A stretch of DNA of 64,000 nt from Planctomycetota bacterium (lineage in GTDB: Bacteria; Planctomycetota; PLA2; JAEUHO01), in assembly GCA_965222115.1 (NCBI GenBank), contig CBDCTJ010000007.1, positions 1,632,001 to 1,696,000 on the forward strand, in the 5' to 3' direction. Under the pieces are notes generated by a model. The model had not been told where the DNA came from. It saw nothing but the letters and a program-made list of their open reading frames with translations, and made no database searches. Both the position numbers and the translations under genes were made by a program. Below are positions 50,388-59,000 of the stretch, piece after piece. The first letter of the stretch is position 1. The number at the start of each line of letters is the position of its first letter.

Positions 50388-53300
50388 GTGAGTGATCGAT
50401 TTTCTGTGGACTTCGAGGGCAAGACGCTTGAAGGCGAGTATGGCAAATACCGTGTGATCGAGAAGATCGACGAAGGCGGCATGGGGAGCGTCTACAGCGG
50501 AAGGAACCTCAACCTCAAAACGAAGGTTGTGATCAAGGTGCCCCACACACGTTTTTTGGGCGAGCCGGGGTTTCGAGATCGTTTCGCGCGTGAGATTGAA
50601 CGGCTCATCGGATTGTCCCATCCCCATATCTGTCGAATCCAGGCGCGCGGCGAGCACGACGGCGTACCCTTTTTCATTCTCGACTTTCTTGCGGGTGGGT
50701 CGCTCGATCACAAATTCAAGCGCGCCGCGGTTGGTGGACCGAAGCAAACGATGGAAGAAATCCTCGACTGGTTTCCAAAGATTGCCGAGACCCTTGACTT
50801 TATTCATAAACGCGGTGTTGTGCACCGTGATGTCAAGCCAGGGAATATTCTCTTTGATGATTTTGAAAACGTGTACTTGAGCGACTTTGGTATCGCCAAG
50901 GCCGTGGGCGAAGAAGTTCAAGAAACGTCGTTGACGGCAACCGGCGGTGGTATTGGTTCACCGCTCTACATGTCACCCGAGCAAGGACTTGGACGCGCCA
51001 TGGAGGGACAGTCCGACCAGTATGCGCTCGCGGCAACTGTGTATCAGGCCTTGAGTGGCAAGCCGCCCTTTAGCAAGGGCACGGCGATGGAACTCATCAT
51101 TCAAAAGGCGCAACAGATACCCCCGGCGCTCAGTCGAATCGCACCGCAAGTTCCGGAGGCTGTGTCGGACGTTGTCATGCGCGCACTCTCCGTCGCACCT
51201 CAGGAGCGGTTTGCATCATGCAGAGACTTTGTTGCCGCCTATCAAGACGCCATGCGGCTGGCGCAAACGCAGCAGCCCACGCGGCCTGTCACGCCGGTAC
51301 ATCAAACCGGCCATACAAGTCGGAACCATCCTCCACAGGTGTCGCCCGCTGCGTTCGACCATGGTGGGGCCCCGCGTCGCCGACGCGATCCCACGCGTGA
51401 ACATGTCGTGCCCGCCGCGACGCGGCCCGCAAGGCATGGCGCCTACGATCGACCGCCATCGAAACGCGTCCCAAGGCGTCCCACCAGGGAATCGCGCGAC
51501 AACGCAAAGTCGATGGCCATCCTTGGATGGGGAATTGCTGCGCTGCTGCTGATGGGCGTGCTGTTCTTTGTCCTTCAGAACAAGGACAACGATACAGGCA
51601 CGCAAGCGGCTAACGCCGGGAAGGAAGGCCGCGCTTCAAACCGGAAGAACAATGCATCGGACGGCACATCAGGCAAGCGTTCTACAACGAGCAAGACGCA
51701 GCCTGAGAAGAATCGTGTGTTCAAGGCGCACGACGTAACCCCGCCAACGCTACACGTTAGTGAGCCTGCTCTAAATAGGCAGCGATTGAATAGCCGCTAC
51801 TTTTCCATCAAGGGGAGGGCACTTGACGGGGGTGCTGGCAGCTCGGGGTTGGCACGAGTTACGTTCGTGCTCAAGAATGCGAAGGAGGGCGGCGAGCCCG
51901 GCGTCGTTACCGAGAAAGTCCTTCGAGACGATGGCACGTTTACTGCGAAGGGCGGACTGTTCTCCCACGGAGCCTATAGGCTCATCGTGACAGCCATCGA
52001 TAAGCAGGGTCTCGAAGCGACGGCCACGCGTCATCTCGAGTGGCTTCCACCGAAACCGTGGGAGCAACATCTAGCCGCTGCAAAGCGTGCATTCGCAGGC
52101 GGTGACTTGACGAGCGTCAAGGAGGCGTTGGCGCGGGCGCGCAAGCATGGCGTACGCGAACGAGACATTCCGAAGAATATTGTTGAGGCCATTAAGAAAT
52201 CGGAGAAGTTGCCCGACTGGTCGCTCACTGCGCCTCAGCCCAATCAGGCCATTACTGGAAAGAAGCTCGTCGTGAGTGGCTCCTTTCAAGCCACGCGAGA
52301 GGGCGATCATCTGCGTGTCACCTTTGATGGCACCACGGAGACGGCGCGGGTGGATGAGGACGGCAACTTTATGGTCGCCTTTCTTGTGCCCAACTCGCCC
52401 GGCACGCATCGCATCATGCTGCGAGCGTTCGATGCTAACGGCAGTCCGCGAGGCGAGCCACGGTGGCGCAATGTTGACGTGAAAGTAGACGCAGCGTCGC
52501 TGCGCGCCAAGCAGCTCAAGGCGTACAACGCACCGGCCATCCACAAGACCGGCATCGAAGGATTGGATTTCGTGTTCATTCCCGCGGGCACGTTTAGGAG
52601 GAAAGGGGAGACGATTACGATTTCTACACCGTTCTATATGGCGACGCACGAACTCACGAATAGCCAGTTCAATGCACGTCGCGATTCATCGGGACGTCGT
52701 GGCCGGCGCGAAAGCGGTGAGATACTCACCAAGCGAGATCTAAGCAGTCGAAATCAACCCGTCGTGGGCTTGCGCTACATCGACATGATGGGCAGCCGTA
52801 AGAAGGGTCTGAAGGGGTATGTGGGGTGGCTCAATGAGCGGGGCCGTCAGCACACAATGCGGGGACGCTACGATCTGCCGACCGAAGCCGAGTGGGAATA
52901 CGCGTGTCGCGCCGGCACGTCGGGCCAGCACTATTGGTCGGGCGGGAAACAGGTCGGTCATAAGTGGGCCAATGCAGCGGATCCTGCCTTGCTCAAGGCG
53001 TGGCGTGAGCTCAAAAAGTCGATTACCGGTTGGGACGCGCCGGACGGATACAAGGTGACGGCGCCCGTAGGTCAGTATCCTCCCAATCCGTGGGGCCTAT
53101 ACGACATGCTGGGCAATGCCGCGGAGTGGTGCAAGGACTGGTACAGCCCAAGCTACATGGCGGGTCAACGTGTGGATCCCCACGGACCTGATGCGGGGGC
53201 CGAACGCGTTACGCGGGGCGGCTCGTGGAGTGATGGGTTTATCTACGTCAATTGTACGGCGCGACGTGCGATGCCGATGGACTACAAAGAATTCGATCCC

Positions 53301-53423
53301 AAGTCAAGGCCGTCTGAGTCGTATCTTCGCGCCTATCGCATAAAGGAGCGTTTACGTTTTCAAAAGATCGGCGTGCGCCTCGTATTCCGCCCCGAGCATT
53401 TTCAGCGCTGGGAGCCCAAGTAG
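50388..53423 (+). CDS. Membrane Ser/Thr kinase with extracytoplasmic Ig-like and FGE-sulfatase (SUMF1-like) domains
   Basis: GGMGSVY, VVIK, HRDVKPGN, DFGIAK, YMSPEQ; one TM; LPTEAEWEYACRAG, PNPWGLYDMLGNAAEWC, RGGSW. Confidence 0.93.
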   Translation: MSDRFSVDFEGKTLEGEYGKYRVIEKIDEGGMGSVYSGRNLNLKTKVVIKVPHTRFLGEPGFRDRFAREIERLIGLSHPHICRIQARGEHDGVPFFILDFLAGGSLDHKFKRAAVGGPKQTMEEILDWFPKIAETLDFIHKRGVVHRDVKPGNILFDDFENVYLSDFGIAKAVGEEVQETSLTATGGGIGSPLYMSPEQGLGRAMEGQSDQYALAATVYQALSGKPPFSKGTAMELIIQKAQQIPPALSRIAPQVPEAVSDVVMRALSVAPQERFASCRDFVAAYQDAMRLAQTQQPTRPVTPVHQTGHTSRNHPPQVSPAAFDHGGAPRRRRDPTREHVVPAATRPARHGAYDRPPSKRVPRRPTRESRDNAKSMAILGWGIAALLLMGVLFFVLQNKDNDTGTQAANAGKEGRASNRKNNASDGTSGKRSTTSKTQPEKNRVFKAHDVTPPTLHVSEPALNRQRLNSRYFSIKGRALDGGAGSSGLARVTFVLKNAKEGGEPGVVTEKVLRDDGTFTAKGGLFSHGAYRLIVTAIDKQGLEATATRHLEWLPPKPWEQHLAAAKRAFAGGDLTSVKEALARARKHGVRERDIPKNIVEAIKKSEKLPDWSLTAPQPNQAITGKKLVVSGSFQATREGDHLRVTFDGTTETARVDEDGNFMVAFLVPNSPGTHRIMLRAFDANGSPRGEPRWRNVDVKVDAASLRAKQLKAYNAPAIHKTGIEGLDFVFIPAGTFRRKGETITISTPFYMATHELTNSQFNARRDSSGRRGRRESGEILTKRDLSSRNQPVVGLRYIDMMGSRKKGLKGYVGWLNERGRQHTMRGRYDLPTEAEWEYACRAGTSGQHYWSGGKQVGHKWANAADPALLKAWRELKKSITGWDAPDGYKVTAPVGQYPPNPWGLYDMLGNAAEWCKDWYSPSYMAGQRVDPHGPDAGAERVTRGGSWSDGFIYVNCTARRAMPMDYKEFDPKSRPSESYLRAYRIKERLRFQKIGVRLVFRPEHFQRWEPK

Positions 53424-53443
53424 TTCATAAACTGCGTGGTGCT

Positions 53444-56005
53444 CTACTCGGGCGTCCAGTGATCCACCGCCATGTCGAGCACATAAAGTGCGTCTTTGAG
53501 CCTGAGCACGCCTTCGACTTCGTCTTCTGAGAACTGGAGTGCTGGGTGGCGCTTGAGTTCCGGGTGACGCTTAAGTTCTCTGCGTTCAAACCGCATGCGC
53601 TTTGCTAGGCCATCGAAGAACTCGGGGTATAGATTGCGAAAGCGAAGGCGCACGCGGACTCGACGACCGTCGCGAAGATCGCCGCCGATTCTGACCGGGA
53701 TTTGATAGCGACCGACATTGCCAGGCAGGAGCGGCTCTACACGGTCGGGGAATCCCGCCTCAACGGCCTTCTTGCCTTTGAGAACCGCCGCAACTTCATT
53801 CTGAATCACGGGCTCAAGTTCACCCGATTCATCGCCTTGCGGGCCCGCGAACAACACCGCTTGCAAGTTCTTAAGTCGCCCGGCGGCGCCTTCCTCCTGT
53901 TTGCGAAGTGACTCGGCCCCTTGAACCGGCCCGCCGTGTCGATTGCCGCCGGCCAAAATCTTGAATGCACCGCTGCCGGGCTCGGTCTCGATCGCCACCT
54001 CAAGCCACATTTCACGTGCGAATGCGAAGCCCGCCGGAAGTTTATGACCCGTCGCCAAGTTGATGATCTCCACGTTGACGACATGCTTGTCGCCCTCAGT
54101 GCCATTGGCATCTTTCTTGACGTCTACGACACGTACAGCCGCGGCAATCTTCATTAAGTTGGTTGTCAGTCGCTTCATCTCCTCGCGAATGCGTCTGTTT
54201 TCATCGTGCCGTGGGTGGCCCGCAGGCCACGGACGATCATGGGTCAATGGATAATCAACGCCGACAAACGTGTGGAGGTGTTTTCGGCGTGGAATGAGAG
54301 GCGCATCAAATTGTTCGCCCTCCGGTTCATTGGCCGCGTGAGGATCGCCTTCGCTTTCGTCGATTAGCGTGTCTACATTCTGTAGCACAAGTGCTTTCAC
54401 CCGCTCGAAGCGTTCGCGCAACGGCATGCGTGCGGCCTGCATCTTCTCGACTTCCACTACGATGGGGCTGAGTTCTCGCCCATGACAATCAAGGCAGCGA
54501 ACGCTAACTTCGCCTTGAGACGTCTTTACCTTCGCCCATGTAAAGAGCGGTTGGCCATTCTGATTCTTCTTATTGCCGTCCTGCCATTCTCGGAAAGTGT
54601 CTTGCAATGTGATGCGCTTAGGAAATTTTGGATTTTCCTCACTAGGTACGTGTGGGATGTCGGCGGCCACGGTATGGCAACTGGCGCAAAAATGATCGGT
54701 GTCGAAGTGCGCTCCGTAACGTCCTTCGTGAAAGCTGTTTCCCACCGAAGGCATCTCACCGTCGGCGCCGAAGGGTCCATACATGCCGCGTCCGGGTCGC
54801 AGCGTGATGTTCTCAATGTTTCGGAGTCGAATTTCGCCGCCCTTGCTCGCCTTCCCGGCGGGATCCGCGTGTTCCGAAATGGAGTCGATCTGATGGCACG
54901 TCGTGCAACTCACACCACCGCGTCCGGCGGGGGCGCGATCTTCAAACAGCGCCAGCGGGTGCTCCACATCATCCAAGAGTTCCGTGTGGGCACCGGTAGG
55001 CGAGTGGCAGCGCACACAAAGATCCCCGACAATGGGTTTGGTGTACTTGCCGTCCGCGAGATCGCGATACTCCTTACTCATGACCAAGCGCGTTTGAATA
55101 TCCACCGTGGGCGCCGACTGTGCCATGGAGTGCATCGAGGCTTCCCACTCCTCAAATTGTGCCTTATGGCAGGGCAAGCAACTCATGGGATCGTGAAAGT
55201 CGTGCGGCGTGGGTTTGTTGAATGCGTAGTGGGCTTCCGTGGAATCCCATATATGAAAGCCCATAGCCGCCGTGAACAGAATGGCAATCGGTACGTGAAG
55301 CCAAATCCATACGCGCAGCAGAGCCTTGTACTTTCGTTGTTTCACTATGCGCGAATCGAGCACGTGCAACTCAGCCACACGTTCCTTGATCGTATTCCAC
55401 GCTTCCTCTTCGCCGGGCGGTACGGCGCCTACAGGTGCCTTCTTGTTCGCCAAGAGCGTTTTGGTTCGTGCAAGTAGTTCTTCACTTCGTCCCGCCTGCA
55501 ACTCCACCAACTCGCGTTCGATGTCGGCGCGGCGGTTTTCGCTGAACTCAACCGCCAAGTTGCCCACCGCGGGTTGAGAAACCAACGGCGGAATACTCAA
55601 ATAGAACCCGTAACCCACCAAGCCCGTAATGACCGTTGCCAGAAGCAAAATGAGCGTGAGTGCACCGAGCGTGTTGTCGAAGTGAAAGCCCGCGTGCAGA
55701 AGGATGAGCCAGGTGGCGGCCAAGCTAATCCATACGTGAAGTCGCAGCCACGTTTGAAGGCGCCCGGGCAAGTATTCCTGCCCCCAACGTTTGCGCCACG
55801 TGTAGAGGAAGGCGAACAGTAGTCCGATGCCACCCGCAATGCCCGTAATCCATCCAAAGAGCGTGTAGCCGCGTGCGGGTTGCGGGTGCTCGCCGCCCGT
55901 GAGATTGCGATAGAGGAAGTAGAGCAGCACACTGCCCGTGCCCACGAGAGTAAAGCTCAGCAGATGAAAATGCCGCGCGCGTTTGGGTCGTGCGTACTTG
56001 GCCAT
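53444..56005 (-). CDS. Fusion of a ferric-reductase/cytochrome-b-like membrane domain and a pentaheme cytochrome c (c554-like)
   Basis: TM His pairs WLRLHVW...LLHAGFHF and WLHVP...GFHIW; five CxxCH (CLPCH, CVRCH, CTTCH, CASCH, CLDCH); EWEASMH, HTFVG, GHKLPAG. Confidence 0.88.
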   Translation of the reverse strand: MAKYARPKRARHFHLLSFTLVGTGSVLLYFLYRNLTGGEHPQPARGYTLFGWITGIAGGIGLLFAFLYTWRKRWGQEYLPGRLQTWLRLHVWISLAATWLILLHAGFHFDNTLGALTLILLLATVITGLVGYGFYLSIPPLVSQPAVGNLAVEFSENRRADIERELVELQAGRSEELLARTKTLLANKKAPVGAVPPGEEEAWNTIKERVAELHVLDSRIVKQRKYKALLRVWIWLHVPIAILFTAAMGFHIWDSTEAHYAFNKPTPHDFHDPMSCLPCHKAQFEEWEASMHSMAQSAPTVDIQTRLVMSKEYRDLADGKYTKPIVGDLCVRCHSPTGAHTELLDDVEHPLALFEDRAPAGRGGVSCTTCHQIDSISEHADPAGKASKGGEIRLRNIENITLRPGRGMYGPFGADGEMPSVGNSFHEGRYGAHFDTDHFCASCHTVAADIPHVPSEENPKFPKRITLQDTFREWQDGNKKNQNGQPLFTWAKVKTSQGEVSVRCLDCHGRELSPIVVEVEKMQAARMPLRERFERVKALVLQNVDTLIDESEGDPHAANEPEGEQFDAPLIPRRKHLHTFVGVDYPLTHDRPWPAGHPRHDENRRIREEMKRLTTNLMKIAAAVRVVDVKKDANGTEGDKHVVNVEIINLATGHKLPAGFAFAREMWLEVAIETEPGSGAFKILAGGNRHGGPVQGAESLRKQEEGAAGRLKNLQAVLFAGPQGDESGELEPVIQNEVAAVLKGKKAVEAGFPDRVEPLLPGNVGRYQIPVRIGGDLRDGRRVRVRLRFRNLYPEFFDGLAKRMRFERRELKRHPELKRHPALQFSEDEVEGVLRLKDALYVLDMAVDHWTPE
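53545..53579 (-). repeat. In-frame tandem duplication encoding ELKRHP-ELKRHP
   Basis: Two 18-bp units with synonymous differences near the cytochrome C-terminus. Confidence 0.6.
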
Positions 56006-56007
56006 GG

Positions 56008-59000
56008 CTAGCTTTCCCTCCCCATTCCGAAAAGCACAACCGGATCGTCGCGCCGCGCCGCCCCCGTTGGGCATGACCGCACGCAGGCGGGCCCATTGTT
56101 GTAGTCTGCGCAGAGATCGCACTTGACGGCCACGCGCTCGTGATCGTCAAGCGTAACCTTTCCATCATCGCCGATATTGAGCACGCGCTGGAGGGGCTTC
56201 GGTACGAGCCGTTCCAGCAGCGATCGCGAGCGCGGCTTGCGCGCGTACATGAAGATGTTGTCATACGGACAACGCGTTGCGCATCCACCGCAGCCCACGC
56301 AGTTGTCCTCGATGATTCGGATTTCGCCCGTGGGCTCGCGCACAATACCATCGACCGAACAGAACAAGCACATGGGGTCCACGCAGTGGTAACACGAAGC
56401 GGGCACCTGAAACGGACCCTGTTGCAATCCCACATTACTTCGCTCAAGGCGCGGCACGCCATGACGTCGTTCGCAGGCATCCACACAGTTGTTGCAATCG
56501 GTGCAGAGACGCGTGTCGATCACCAGCAGGTCTTTGGCTTGCAACAAACCGGTGCCGCCCGCGTGGCTAAACGAGCCACTTGCGTCGGCCGCATGAGACA
56601 CCGGGGCGCTGGCATCGGGCAACAACGCGTTTAGCAGTCCTGGGAACTTCGAATCGAGACGCGCAATGCGATCGCGTCGAATCGTGTAGACCTCCACGCG
56701 CGTGGCCGCTTCATAGCGCAACAGATCATTGCCACGCGTGCCGGCATCCGGCCCCCCAAATACATCGCCGGGTTTGAGGTAGTTGGCGATGCGTTCGCCA
56801 TCTCGCCATGCGCGTTTTTCTCGCACGTACCCGCGATGCAGTACCGCGAACGTATTGGGTGCCTCAATGGCCTGCAACACGACGCGATCAATGGCGTAGC
56901 GCTCTGCTTGCAGTTCACGGCGCAGGTGTTTGCGTGCACCCTTGGGTAGCCGCAGTTGCCGTTCCAGGCGGCCCAAGATGTGGTCAAGTGAACGGCTTAC
57001 GTAAAGCCCTTCAAGCTGTGCTTGAAAGCCCGGATGATGTTGCTTAATGGACTCAAGGCCGTACTTCGTGAGGCCCAGCACCAGCGTGCGATCACTGGCG
57101 CGCGCGGTCACATCCGAAGCGCGGTCGCTGAGCACTGCGACTTCCGCTACGGTCTGGCCCGGGCCCAGATCCACAAGGCGATGAAACGCATCGTGTGTGG
57201 TTTGCATGCCCACTTGCAGTTCGCCCTGAAGGATGATCCACATGGCGTCTGCGTACTCGCCCTCACGGACCAGCACCTCGCGCTTCCGCAACTGACGACA
57301 ACGTGCAGACGAAGCAAGCAGTAGTAGGCTTGCACGCGGTAGCTTCTTGAACACTGGATGTTTCTGAAGCGTGTCGGCGGCGCGGCCCAAGGTGAGCGTA
57401 CTCGCCATTTGCTTACGCCCGACTTGGAGCGTTAGCACGTCGCCCTCATCGGGTACTTGCTTGAGTTTGTTCCACAAAACAATGCGGCTGCGTCGAATAT
57501 CGGCGGGACACACCGGCACGCAGGCGTGGCACTGGGTGCAGTCACGTACGAAGCGCCTGACTACATCTTGATCGCCGCCAATGCCACCGGCATAGGCATT
57601 GAGCGCCGCGATGGTTACTTCATTGGCATCCGGGAGGGGGCACGCCCGCATACATTCGTGACACCCAATGCACGAATCGAGTTCATCGCGCACGGCAGCG
57701 CCGAGGTCGGCGTCCAGCGGGTTATGACTTGCGGCATCATCTACCACAAAGCGGTTGGCACTGAGCGCCTTGACTGTGCGCGTCGCTGCACCCGAAGGCT
57801 TGTCGGCTTCGAACCGACATACGTTGTCTTGAAATTGAAGCACGTCGCCGTCGTCGAGTCGGGCCGTTTTGTCCTTTGGAATGCGCTTACCGTTCAAACC
57901 CGTGCCGGCAGAACTGTGGTTGGTGATCGTGTATCGATTTTGCTTGCGGCGAATGGTTGCGTGAACCCCGCTGACGGTTTGCAGGGGGAGGACCACGGAG
58001 CAGTCAGCCGTTCGACGGCCAATCACCCAAGGCCCGCGCCCGGTGAGTCGTATGGAACCGAGTTTCTTCTTGATCGATTCACTCAAAGGGACGAGTTGGC
58101 GCTTGGGTTCGCGCGCGCCTTTGAGGTGTTGCGATATCGCGCCTACGCCGGCGCCACGGCGCGCCGTGAGCTCGCACGATCCGGCCTTGACAATGTCACC
58201 ATCGGACAACGTGTAGGTCTGGTAGGGTTCAACCGCCACGCCATTGATGGTTGTCCCGGCCGAACTTTTTTGATCAATCAGTCCGTAGATATTTCCCTTT
58301 CGTCGCAACAAGAAATGAGCCTTGGATACATCCCGCGCGTGCAGCACGACATCATTGGTGGGGCTCCGCCCGGCTCGGACCTCGTCATCCAAAAGTGCAT
58401 ACTTGGCCGGATCGCCGGATTGGGCTTCTTCGAATCGCCACCCCAAGAACCCTGTGGCGACCGTCTCCTGGGCGGCAACATTGTCTTCCACGGCGTCGGC
58501 TTCGACGAAATCGACGTCGTCGGGATCTTCGAGTGCAACGCGAAATTTGTTATGCCCGAGTCGTAGCTCTTGACCCTCAACTAGTCGTTCTGGCTCGTTG
58601 GGCGCAAGACGGCGTCCATCCAACTTGGTCCCATTTTGGCTGCCGAGATCGATGAGTTTGACGACGGGAATGATGCCGTCCACCCGCGCATGAAGGCGCG
58701 ATAGCAAAGGATCATTGATCTGTGCATCGGCCTTGAGCCCGCGACCAATTATGCCGGGTACTGGGACGGCAACGGCGCTCCCCTTGAGAGGCCCGCTCGT
58801 ACCTACAAGATAAAGAAATCCTAAGTCGCTAGCACCGACCGTAGCGGTGGCGGCGTGTCGATCGGCGTGCTCGGGACGCACACCACCGCTTGAGAACACA
58901 AAGGAGGCGTCACCCAGCGTAATCTTGTCGTCGGCATCGAGGCGACAGTGTCCTGTGAGTTTGTTGCTACCGACCTTTGTCTTGCCGTGGCCGCCGCAGT

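Noticed and set aside
52560-53423. Diversity-generating retroelement target (FGE/CLec domain)
   Set aside because: No reverse transcriptase, avd gene or template repeat is visible in the window.
57505-57675. CIGCH and CTQCH as heme c attachment sites
   Set aside because: Both lie inside full CxxCxxCxxxCP ferredoxin motifs in a protein with no export signal, so they are better read as Fe-S ligands.
57457-58566. Long antisense ORFs (also 54482-55477, 58948-59811, 37152-37973, 50118-50921)
   Set aside because: Shadow frames of GC-rich genes on the opposite strand, with no recognisable motifs.
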